NCBI GenBank assembly: GCA_041484665.1
Contig: JBGPIA010000005.1
Location: 32,001 to 96,000 of the forward strand
Reading direction: 5' to 3'
Length of the DNA: 64,000 bases
DNA from: Candidatus Krumholzibacteriia bacterium
Lineage (GTDB): Bacteria > Krumholzibacteriota > Krumholzibacteriia > JAJRXK01
The notes below the pieces were generated by a model, which was given only the letters and a program-made list of their open reading frames with translations, searched no databases and was not told where the DNA came from. This document shows positions 8,348 through 16,953 of the stretch, piece after piece. The position numbers and the translations under genes were made by a program. Each line of letters starts with the position of its first letter. Position 1 is the first letter of the stretch.

Positions 8348-9280
8348 ATGAGCCCGCCGCGGCCGCCGCTGGCGCAGTTGCGCGTGTGGATCACGCGGCC
8401 CGCCCCGGCCGGCGAGCAGAGCGCGCTGCAGTGGCGCGCCGCAGGCGCAGCAGCCGACGTCGTTCCCCTGGTCGAGCTGTGCGCGCGCTCGCTGTCCAAG
8501 GCCGAGCTGCTATCGATCGCGGCGTGGGCGCACGACGCTACGGTCCTCTTGACCAGCGCGAACGCTGCGCGCTTCCTGTTGGATGCCGTCGCGGCCGACG
8601 CGCAGCTTGCTGCGCTGCTGCTGCGTCGCCCGGCGGCGTGTCTGGGCGAGGCGACCGCTGCCGCGGCGCGCGCGCTTGGCTACCGTGTCGCACGGGTGGC
8701 CTCGCGGGCCACGGGAGTGGATCTCGCGGCGGAGCTAGCCGCCACCGGCGAGGCAGCGCCGGGGCAGCGCCTGCGTGGGCCGACCTTGCCCGGGCAGACC
8801 CTGGGCGGGCAAACTCTGGGTGACCAGACCCCGGGTGACCAGACCCTGGGCGACCGGACCCTCGGCGGGCAGACCTTGCGCGGGCAGACCTTGCGCGGGC
8901 AGTCCTTCCTCCTGCCGGCGAGCGATCTCCACCGCCCCGAGCTGGAGCAAGCGCTGCGCGCGTACGGGGCGGACGTGATCACGATGACCGTCTATCATGC
9001 AGTGCCCCTCGCGTGGCTCCCCGACGGAGCGATCAGCGCGCTGCGGTCGCGTGGCGTCGACGCGGTCGCACTGTACAGTCCGTCGGCCGTCACCGGGCTG
9101 CTGCAAGCGGCCGCCGCCGCGGATCTGGACCGCGCCGGGCTGCCTGCCGCGCTGGTGCTGGGGCCGACGACGGCTGCGGCCGCAAAGGCGCGCGGGCTGC
9201 AGGTGGTGGCCAGCCCCGAGGCCCCGGGCGAGGACGCGCTGATCGAGGCGGCTGCCCGGTGGTGGGCGCAGCGGAAATGA
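8348..9280 (+). CDS. hemD: Uroporphyrinogen-III synthase with pentapeptide-repeat insertion
   Basis: VWITRP, LLTSANA, LGEATA, VY, LYSPSAV, LGPTTA motifs. Confidence 0.85.
   Translation: MSPPRPPLAQLRVWITRPAPAGEQSALQWRAAGAAADVVPLVELCARSLSKAELLSIAAWAHDATVLLTSANAARFLLDAVAADAQLAALLLRRPAACLGEATAAAARALGYRVARVASRATGVDLAAELAATGEAAPGQRLRGPTLPGQTLGGQTLGDQTPGDQTLGDRTLGGQTLRGQTLRGQSFLLPASDLHRPELEQALRAYGADVITMTVYHAVPLAWLPDGAISALRSRGVDAVALYSPSAVTGLLQAAAAADLDRAGLPAALVLGPTTAAAAKARGLQVVASPEAPGEDALIEAAARWWAQRK
8762..8911 (+). repeat. 10 x 15-bp in-frame tandem repeat (G/D-Q-T-L-G/R)
   Basis: gggcagaccctgggc-like units. Two identical gggcagaccttgcgc at 8867-8896. Confidence 0.9.
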
Positions 9281-9380
9281 CCGGCTCGACGACCGCGGCG
9301 GCGGTGGCAACTTGCTCTCGCCCACCGCGGGCTGCAACGCACTGCCGCGCGCTGCGGGCGGCAGTCAACGGGAGCGGCGC

Positions 9381-11060
9381 ATGAACCCTTACAGGATCGA
9401 GCGGGCCAGATGGCGGGAGGCGCTGGGCCCAGGCGCGGTCGCCGCAGCTGCTGGGCTCGCCCTCGCGCTCGTGCTGGCGCTGCGCCACGGCGTGCGGCCG
9501 GGGCTTCCGCTCGATGATGCGTGGATCCACGCGGCCTTCGCTCGCCACGTCGCCCGGCATGGGCAGTGGGGCCTCTTCACGGGGGACGCCAGCGGCGGCG
9601 AGAGCAGCCTGCTCTGGCCGCTGCTCCTGGCTCCGGGCGAGCTACTGGGTGCTGCGCGCGCCCCGCTGCTGGCGCTGCTCTTGGGGAGCGTCGGGTGGCT
9701 GCTGCTGCCCGGCTGCGTCGGCGCGGCGGCGACGTCCCCGCGGCGCGGCTGGACCCTGGCCGTCTGCGTTGGACTGTGCGGTCCGCTGCTCTTCCTCGCA
9801 GTATCGGGAATGGAGACGATCGGGGCGCTGGCTCTGGGCATGGGCGCACTGGTGCTGGCCGTGCGAGGCCGGCTGCGCGTGGCGGGCCTGGCCGCCGCCG
9901 CCGGCACTGCGTTGCGCCCCGACGGCGTGCTGGTGCTCCTGCCGGTGCTGGTGGCCGGCGTAATCCACCGCCTCGACGTCGAGGAGGACGCGCGGGACAC
10001 GTTCGCGGTACCGGGGGACGCGCGGCGCGAGGCCTGGCGCCAGACGTGGCGAGCGCTGGTGCCTGGGGTGATCGCTTCGGCCGCGGCGATCCTGCTGCTG
10101 GGAATGCTCGAAGGGCGCATCCCGCCGGCGACGTTGGGCGGTCGGCGCTGGATCGTGGGGCTGCCGGTCGCGCTGGATCCGCTGGGATCCGTGCACCGGC
10201 TGCCCGAGTTCCTGATGGCGTGGGTCCGGGCGATCACGGCCGATCTGGGGTGGGGCCGCGTCGCCACCCAGCACCCGTTTCCAGGAGTGCTGCTGGTGCG
10301 CTGGGCCTGGAAGCTCGCGGTGGTGATCGCGCTGCCGTGCGGAGTCGTTTCCGTTCTGCGCCAGCACCGCGAGGAGCCGCTGCGCGGGCGCCTCGCGCTG
10401 TTGCTCGCGCTGTGGACGCTGCTGGTTCTGCTGTTCTACGCGCTCGTGCTCCCGGCGCGCGGCCACCTGGGCCGGTACCAGCCGCAGGTATTCCTGCTGT
10501 TCGTGCTGCTCGCGGTCGACGGCGTCGGCCTGCTGTTGCGCCGGGGATCGCAGTCGCGCGCGCTGGGGTGGGCGTGCGGCATCGTGCTGGCCGCGGGGCT
10601 TGTGGCGGGCTGGCTGAACGCGGCGCGGCTGTGGGGGCGGGCCGTGGAGACGTTGGATCGCGTGCATCTGCAGGCCGCCAAGGATCTCCCGGCGCTGCTG
10701 CCGCCCGCTGCCCGCGTGGCGGCGTTCGATGTGGGTGTGCTCGCCTACTTCCATGACGGCGCCCTGGTCGACCTCAGCGGGCTTTCCGACCCGGAGATCG
10801 CGGCCGCGCTGCCCGGAGGCGATCTGGCGCCGCTGCTCCAGAAACGCGGTGCGACGCACTTGCTGCTCCCCGAGATGGGCGCGCAGGGCCCGCAGTCGCT
10901 GGCGGCACGCTTGGGGCTGCTGCCGCACGGGGGATTCGCGCTGGAGCCGCTGGGCGCCTGGGAGGCTCCCGAGGGCGTGTGGGGGGAGGCGTTCGCCTTC
11001 TCGGGCAACGTGTTCCCCCGGCTCGAGCTGTTCCGGATCCGCTACAGCGGGGGGCCGTAG
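9381..11060 (+). CDS. Polytopic membrane protein, GT-C fold glycosyltransferase-like
   Basis: LDDAWIH..FARH..G..SSLLWPLLL, SGMET, LRPDG, GRY. More than 10 hydrophobic segments. Confidence 0.65.
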   Translation: MNPYRIERARWREALGPGAVAAAAGLALALVLALRHGVRPGLPLDDAWIHAAFARHVARHGQWGLFTGDASGGESSLLWPLLLAPGELLGAARAPLLALLLGSVGWLLLPGCVGAAATSPRRGWTLAVCVGLCGPLLFLAVSGMETIGALALGMGALVLAVRGRLRVAGLAAAAGTALRPDGVLVLLPVLVAGVIHRLDVEEDARDTFAVPGDARREAWRQTWRALVPGVIASAAAILLLGMLEGRIPPATLGGRRWIVGLPVALDPLGSVHRLPEFLMAWVRAITADLGWGRVATQHPFPGVLLVRWAWKLAVVIALPCGVVSVLRQHREEPLRGRLALLLALWTLLVLLFYALVLPARGHLGRYQPQVFLLFVLLAVDGVGLLLRRGSQSRALGWACGIVLAAGLVAGWLNAARLWGRAVETLDRVHLQAAKDLPALLPPAARVAAFDVGVLAYFHDGALVDLSGLSDPEIAAALPGGDLAPLLQKRGATHLLLPEMGAQGPQSLAARLGLLPHGGFALEPLGAWEAPEGVWGEAFAFSGNVFPRLELFRIRYSGGP

Positions 11061-11224
11061 CGCGCGGCAGGCGCGAGCGCTCGGGCGACACCGGGCTCTT
11101 CGGTTACAGCCTGTCCCATCGGTCGTCCGCTGTTGCGCGCGGGGCGGCCGCTATCGTTCGCGAGGCGGACGCTGCTGGGCGCGGATTGGCCGCCTGCGCA
11201 CGCGACCGGTATACTTCGGCCGCC

Positions 11225-11863
11225 ATGCGCATCACCGAGATCTTCTACAGCATCCAGGGCGAGGGCACCCGCCGCGGTCGGCCGTGCGCGTTCGTGCGAC
11301 TGACCGGGTGCAACCTGCGCTGCGTGTGGTGCGATACGGCCTACGCGTTCGAGGGCGGCACGGGCATGTCTTTCGGAGAGGTGGTGGAGCAGGTCGAGCG
11401 CTTCCCGACGAGACTGGCGTGCGTCACAGGCGGCGAGCCGCTGCTGCAACAGGAGGTCCATGCGCTCATGGCGGCGCTCTTGGACCGCGGATGGACGGTG
11501 CTGTTGGAGACCGGCGGCGGGCTCGATGCGCGCTCCGTGGATCCACGCGTGGTACGCATCCTGGACCTGAAGGCTCCCGGCAGCGGTGAGCTGGCCCGCT
11601 ACGACTGGCGCAATCTGGAGGTGCTGCGCGACCACGACGAGCTGAAGATCGTCATCGCCGACCGAGCCGACTACGAGTGGGCGCGCGCGCAGATTCGCGA
11701 CCGCGCCTTGGCATCGCGGGTGGCGGCGGTGCTGCTGTCGCCGGTGCACGGCGTGATGGACCCGGCGGAGCTGGCGGGGTGGCTATTGGAAGATGGCCTG
11801 CCGGCGACGCTGCAGCTGCAGGAGCACAAGATTCTGTGGCCGGGCGTGGAGCGAGGGGTGTGA
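11225..11863 (+). CDS. queE: 7-carboxy-7-deazaguanine synthase (radical SAM)
   Basis: EIFYSIQGEG, FVRLTGCNLRCVWCDT, TGGEPLLQ, QEHK. Confidence 0.95.
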   Translation: MRITEIFYSIQGEGTRRGRPCAFVRLTGCNLRCVWCDTAYAFEGGTGMSFGEVVEQVERFPTRLACVTGGEPLLQQEVHALMAALLDRGWTVLLETGGGLDARSVDPRVVRILDLKAPGSGELARYDWRNLEVLRDHDELKIVIADRADYEWARAQIRDRALASRVAAVLLSPVHGVMDPAELAGWLLEDGLPATLQLQEHKILWPGVERGV

Positions 11864-12783
11864 GGGTGGCGAGTCCGCGAGGGGAGAATGCGGATGCGGG
11901 TGGTGCGGGCCGTGCTGGCGGTAGCGGCGGTGAGGGCGGTGCTGGCGGTGGCGGTAACGCTCGCGGGGGCGGGGGCGCTGACCGAAGCAGCGGGGGCGCT
12001 CGCGGCGCCAGCCGCGGCGCTGGCGGCGGCAGCGGTGACCTGGACGGTCGTGATCGTGACGCAAGCGCCGCCGGCCGCCGGCTGGCCGTTGTCTGCCTCA
12101 GTGGCGGGATGGACAGCTGCGTGACGCTGGCCGAGGCCGCGCTGCGCCACGAGCCGTGTGCTCTGCACTTCAGCTACGGTCAGCGCACCCAGGCGCGAGA
12201 GCTGCGCGCCTTCCACGCCATCTGCGACCACTTCGACGTGCTGCGGCGGCTCACGGCGAGCCAGCCGGCGCTGCGGGAGGTGGGAGGCTCGGCGCTCACC
12301 GATCCGTCCATCGCGGTGCCGATGCAGGAGCCGAGCGCTGCGGCCGTGGAGGCCTCCGGCACCCCGGGCGCGCGCGCCGCCGAGATCCCCGTTACGTATG
12401 TCCCGTTCCGCAACGCCCAGATCTTGTCGCTGGCGGTTGCGTGGGCCGAGGCTCTGGGCGCGGAGTCCGTGCACATGGGCGCCGTGGAGGAGGACAGCTC
12501 GGGCTATCCTGACTGTCGCGAGCAGTTCTTTCACGCGTTCGCGGCAGCAGTCGACGTCGGCACGAAGCCGGAGTCCCACATCGGGATCGTGACGCCGCTC
12601 ATCCATATGACCAAAGCGCAGATCGTTCGGCGTGGTGCGGAGTTGGGCGCGCCGTTCCACCTGACGTGGTCGTGCTACACCGAAGAGGAAGCCGCCTGTG
12701 GAGAATGCGAAAGCTGCCGGCTGCGGTTGCGAGGTTTCCAAACAGCAGGCGTGAAGGACCCGATCCCGTATCGGATGCGCTAG
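11860..12783 (+). CDS. queC: 7-cyano-7-deazaguanine synthase with Gly-rich N-terminal extension
   Basis: GTGA overlap with queE stop. SGGMDS, YGQR, TYVPFRN, GYPDCR, TWSCY..CGECESC. Confidence 0.93.
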   Translation: MRVASPRGENADAGGAGRAGGSGGEGGAGGGGNARGGGGADRSSGGARGASRGAGGGSGDLDGRDRDASAAGRRLAVVCLSGGMDSCVTLAEAALRHEPCALHFSYGQRTQARELRAFHAICDHFDVLRRLTASQPALREVGGSALTDPSIAVPMQEPSAAAVEASGTPGARAAEIPVTYVPFRNAQILSLAVAWAEALGAESVHMGAVEEDSSGYPDCREQFFHAFAAAVDVGTKPESHIGIVTPLIHMTKAQIVRRGAELGAPFHLTWSCYTEEEAACGECESCRLRLRGFQTAGVKDPIPYRMR

Positions 12784-13808
12784 GGACTCGTCCGTGCGGA
12801 GCCCGCTACAGCCTGCCGGATACTCTCGACTGCCACGACCTCGTCGGCCCTCACCCGTGGCGGGTTGACCTCGTACTGGCTGAAGTCGTGCTTCTCGTAG
12901 GCATCGCAGCGGCTGCACAGGTGGATCAGCTCGCGGCGCCCGTCGTTGAGCAGCGTGCGTACCGCGTCGTACTGGGCGCTGCCCCAGATCTCCATGACCC
13001 CATGGGTCGTCACGTCGCCCACCACGCCGCGCTCCTTGGTATCCCAGCAGCACAGAGTGGCTCGCCCATCGGAGAAGAAGTACATGCCGTCCATCATCTT
13101 CAGACATGGCTTGGCCACTGGCTGCTTCTGACCTTGCCACGGCCACGTGTAGAGGTCGGTGATAACCACCTGGTCGCAGAGCGGGGCCCAGAAGTCCTTG
13201 TAGGCCTGGTGCTCGTGCCGGTTCTCGGGCATGTCGATCATGCGCACTTCGGTGTAGCAGGTCCGGCCGTAGCCGCCCGCGCGCCAGATCTTCAGGAACT
13301 CCGTGGTGCGTTTGACGACCTGATCGTAATCCAAGCCCACGCGGCTGGGGGCGTACACCTCACGGCTGAAGCCGTCGATCGAAAACCGCATGATGTCGAT
13401 GCCGATGTCGAGGATCTCGCGGCTGAGCTTCTCGGTGAGCAGGCTGCCGTTGGTGTTGAACTCGATTTTGGCTGTGAGATCCTTGCGGATGTGGCGCATG
13501 ATCTCGGGCACGCGCTTGTCGACGAACGGTTCGTTTTGTAGGAATGGCCTGTAGACGATCCCGAGCCCGCGCGTGTCGTCGATGATTTTCTTCCACACCC
13601 AGTCGTACATGCGCACCGGCTGGCGCGCAATATCGTGCTGCGGGCAGAACGGACACTCCGCGTTGCAGGTGACTACGGTCTCGATCTGCAGGTACCGCGG
13701 CACCTCCGGATAGGGCATGTCCCAGCGGGTCGCGACGGGCGCGCGCTGGGTCGTGGCCGCAGCGGTGGCCTGGGTGGCCGCGTGAGCAGCGGCCGGGACG
13801 GTGGCCAT
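12780..13808 (-). CDS. Radical SAM protein with SPASM/twitch domain
   Basis: CNAECPFC, NEP, NTNGSLL. C-terminal PC..DGRATLCCWD..G..LCSRC. AGGAGG SD. Confidence 0.88.
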   Translation of the reverse strand: MATVPAAAHAATQATAAATTQRAPVATRWDMPYPEVPRYLQIETVVTCNAECPFCPQHDIARQPVRMYDWVWKKIIDDTRGLGIVYRPFLQNEPFVDKRVPEIMRHIRKDLTAKIEFNTNGSLLTEKLSREILDIGIDIMRFSIDGFSREVYAPSRVGLDYDQVVKRTTEFLKIWRAGGYGRTCYTEVRMIDMPENRHEHQAYKDFWAPLCDQVVITDLYTWPWQGQKQPVAKPCLKMMDGMYFFSDGRATLCCWDTKERGVVGDVTTHGVMEIWGSAQYDAVRTLLNDGRRELIHLCSRCDAYEKHDFSQYEVNPPRVRADEVVAVESIRQAVAGSARTSP

Positions 13809-14058
13809 GATCGCAGGGTCCTCCTTCGGGCAGCGTTGCCGGCCGGAAGGGCCCGCAAAGCCACGCTATTGAACGGCAAGGAGGCGTCCAGCGCAAGGGC
13901 GGTGGGTGGGGGGCAGCCAACGCGACGGTGGCTGGGATGGAGGCGGCCGGCGCACGGGCGGGTCGGTCGACGGACGCTGCGCTCGAGGGTGGCCGATGCG
14001 CGGGCCGCTTCCGAGGCCAGAGCCTCGCGGCCCCTGCGACGTGCCCGCTCCGAGGCGC

Positions 14059-15516
14059 TCAGCTCCCCGCACCGAAGACGAACGGGCGCATCAACTCCAA
14101 GCTCGCGGCCGTTGCCCCCTGCTGGGCGAGAACGAACTCCTGGGCTGCCTGCCCCAGTTGCGCGCGCCGTGTCTCGTCGTCCAGGAGCTCCTGCAGCCTC
14201 CGCGCCGCGCTCGCTTGGTCGAGCACCACGAAGGCGGCCCCCAGCTCCGCCAGACGCTCGGCCTCATACGCGTTGTGGATGCGCGGTCCGAACAGCACCG
14301 GCTGTGCGGCGACGGAGGGCTCCATGACGTTGTGCACCCCGGTCGTGAAGCTGCCACCCACGTAGCTCACGATCGTGGCGCGGTAGATCTCGGCCAGCAC
14401 GCCGACCGTATCGACCACGATGATGCGCCAGGAGTCGCGGTCGTTCCCGGAGGGAGCGGCGCCAGACGCCGCAGCGGAAGCCGCGGCAGACTCCGCAGGG
14501 GGCGCGGCGGCCGACCCGGCAGCCGACGCGATGGCGCCCGCTCGTGGCTGGCGCGTGCTCAAATCCACCAGCTCGCTCAGCCGGCGCGAGCGCAGGCCCC
14601 GCGCCCGCACGGCGGCTTCCACGCTCTCCAGATGCGCAGGCGTGGGCTCGTGCGGGACCGCGATCAGGCCGACGTCGCTGCGCGCCTGCAGGGCGTCGAG
14701 CGCGGGCGCCAGCACCACGCCTTCATCGGCGGGCCACACGCTTCCCAGCGCGATGTAGCGCCACCCGTGCACGGCCAGCGCCTGCGCGAGCGGCGACTGC
14801 TCGGCGGCGCGCCAGCGATGCACTACCTGCTCGGCGCGCGTGTCGCCCGTCACGGTCACCGCAGCTCGGACACCCAGCCCCCGCGTGAATCGGGCGGCGT
14901 CGTCCTCGCTGATGGCACCGATGGCGCTGAAGGCGTCGAACAGCTTGCCGAAAAAGCCGCGCGCCAGAGGCATCAGGCGGCGGCTCTTGCGGTGCAACGT
15001 GGCGTCCAGCAGCAGGATGGGCACGCCCGCACGTCGCGCGGCCCATACCATATTCGGCCAGCAGTCGAACTTCACGAAGACCAGAGCGCGTGGCGCCAGC
15101 AGCGCAATCAAGCGCCGCGCCGCGCCGGCTGTGTCCAGCGGCAGGTACTCCAGCGCGTCGGCCTCGCAGCGTTTGCGGGCGAAGTGCCAACCCGAGGGGC
15201 TGAACACCGTCATCAGCACCGGAACGTCCTGGCCACGCCGGCGCGCTTCCTCCTTGAGGGCGCGGATCACAGGGCGCGCCTGCTCGTACTCACCGACGCT
15301 GGTGGCGTGGAACCAGACGGCGCCGCGCAGGCGCGCGCTCTGCTGCTGTAGGCGCTGCCACAGGCCGCGGCGACCCCGCGCGCCCTCGCGCACCTTGGGG
15401 CTGGCCAGCCGGAACAGGTGGAATCCGGCTACGGCGGGCGGCACGAGCAGCCCGTTGTAGACCAGCCACGACGTCAGATCGACGCCGCGCGGGGTGTCGC
15501 GCACACCTGTCGCCAT
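14059..15516 (-). CDS. waaA: Kdo transferase (start uncertain)
   Basis: VWFHATSVGE, SPSG, YLPLD, WPN, TGDTR, GVLAEIY, VGGSF..HNVMEP. Confidence 0.9.
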   Translation of the reverse strand: MATGVRDTPRGVDLTSWLVYNGLLVPPAVAGFHLFRLASPKVREGARGRRGLWQRLQQQSARLRGAVWFHATSVGEYEQARPVIRALKEEARRRGQDVPVLMTVFSPSGWHFARKRCEADALEYLPLDTAGAARRLIALLAPRALVFVKFDCWPNMVWAARRAGVPILLLDATLHRKSRRLMPLARGFFGKLFDAFSAIGAISEDDAARFTRGLGVRAAVTVTGDTRAEQVVHRWRAAEQSPLAQALAVHGWRYIALGSVWPADEGVVLAPALDALQARSDVGLIAVPHEPTPAHLESVEAAVRARGLRSRRLSELVDLSTRQPRAGAIASAAGSAAAPPAESAAASAAASGAAPSGNDRDSWRIIVVDTVGVLAEIYRATIVSYVGGSFTTGVHNVMEPSVAAQPVLFGPRIHNAYEAERLAELGAAFVVLDQASAARRLQELLDDETRRAQLGQAAQEFVLAQQGATAASLELMRPFVFGAGS

Positions 15517-16565
15517 TGCAGCTCCAGCCGTGAGTAGACCAGGTCGACGGTCGAGCGGGTCATGCACCATTGCTCGGGCATGTGGCAGGGGCGCGCTCCG
15601 TTGCGCGAGCACGGCCGACAGGGCAGCGCGTGCTCGATCACGCGGCTGCGCGAGTCGCCGGGGAAATAGCCGAGCTCACGGCTGGTCGGCCCGAACAACG
15701 CCAGCACCGGCGTGCCCACGGCTTCGGCCATGTGCATCAGCCCGCTGTCGTTGCACACCATGATCCGGCAGCGGGCGAGCAGCGCCGCGGTCGTGCGCAG
15801 CCCCAACGCGCCGCAGGCGACCGCCGGGCGCTGCGGAAGCGCGGCGGCCACCTCGGCGCAGACCACCTCTTCGCCCGGCCCGCCCACCAGCAGCACCTGC
15901 CCCAGCCCCGCCCGCTGGAAGCGGGCCAGCAAGTCGGCGTATCGGCCGGCCGGCCAGCGCTTGGGCTGATGCCTGGATCCCGGCGCCACGGCCAGCACGT
16001 CGGCCTGCAGCCTGCAGACGGCATCCGCCGCGCGCCGGTCGACATCGTCGAGGTAAAGCGCGGCGCGCCAAGCCGGGCCGGGCAGCGCGCTGGCCTGTGC
16101 GCCGGGCTGCGGTGCGGCCTGTGCGCCGGCCTGCCTTGCGCCTGGATCGTCGATCAGGGAGAGATAGCGGTCGATCATGTGCAGCTGCAGCCCGCGCGTT
16201 CGCACGCGCGTCTTGAGGAACAGCAGCCGTGCCCAGGTGTCCTTGGGGAGCCGCGCGGTCGGCGCCGGCGGCAGCCACCACGTGAGCACGCGGCTGCGCA
16301 GCGTGTTGTGGGCATCGATGATGCGGTCGAAGGTGACCGGCTCCAGCTGCGCCGCCAGAGCGGCCAGCGCCCCCCGCGACGGACCGTCCGCGAGTGCGGC
16401 GATGCCGTCCACACGGGAGTCGTTGCGATAGAGCTCGGCGTAGCGCGCCTTGGTGGCCAGGGTGATGCGCGCTCGCGGATGTCGCGCTCGCAATGCCGTG
16501 AGCAGCGCGCTCAGGAGCACCAGATCGCCCAGCGAGCCGAACCGAATGACGAGGATGCGCTCCAT
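15474..16565 (-). CDS. waaF: GT9 LPS heptosyltransferase (WaaF-like)
   Basis: ILVIRFGSLGDLVL, APGS..KRWP, NDSGLMHMAEAVGTP..LFGPT, CRPC. Confidence 0.85.
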   Translation of the reverse strand: MERILVIRFGSLGDLVLLSALLTALRARHPRARITLATKARYAELYRNDSRVDGIAALADGPSRGALAALAAQLEPVTFDRIIDAHNTLRSRVLTWWLPPAPTARLPKDTWARLLFLKTRVRTRGLQLHMIDRYLSLIDDPGARQAGAQAAPQPGAQASALPGPAWRAALYLDDVDRRAADAVCRLQADVLAVAPGSRHQPKRWPAGRYADLLARFQRAGLGQVLLVGGPGEEVVCAEVAAALPQRPAVACGALGLRTTAALLARCRIMVCNDSGLMHMAEAVGTPVLALFGPTSRELGYFPGDSRSRVIEHALPCRPCSRNGARPCHMPEQWCMTRSTVDLVYSRLELQWRQVCATPRAASI

Positions 16566-16620
16566 AGGATCCGGGGGCTGCAGCCGGCGCGCTCCCGCGA
16601 GATCGTCGCGCGGCACGCAG

Positions 16621-16716
16621 CGGCCAAGGACGACCGCGGCCAAGGACGACCGCGGCCGAGGATGGCAACGGCCGGGCACGGCTGCGGCCAAGCACGACCG
16701 TGGCCGGGGATGACCG
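16621..16716. repeat. 6 x 16-bp degenerate intergenic tandem repeat
   Basis: cggccaaggacgaccg twice exactly, then four diverged units in register. Confidence 0.85.
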
Positions 16717-16953
16717 CGCCCGATGACCGATGTGACCGAAGACCGGGGCAGCCGAGGTCGACGGCGGGCGAGGGCGAAAGGCTAGGGCTGCGCCGAGGGC
16801 GTGTCAATGCGGGCCCCCGCCGGACGCGCCGCTGCCAGGAGTGGCGGGCCCGCCCTGGGGCGCGCGTCCCGCCCGCGCTTGTCCGGGCCGCGGGGGGCGC
16901 TTATGCTGCCGGCGACCCAACGGATCCGCCTGCCTCCGCTGGGAGACCCTTCG

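Noticed and set aside
11061..11224. preQ1 riboswitch upstream of queE
   Set aside because: No preQ1 stem or A-rich tail. A TATACT -10 lies about 10 nt before the ATG, leaving no leader.
11225..13808. 7-deazaguanine DNA-modification (dpd) island
   Set aside because: No dpdA/tgt-like or restriction genes. Housekeeping context fits queuosine synthesis.
16621..16716. Possible CRISPR array
   Set aside because: Contiguous 16-bp units without spacers, and no cas genes.
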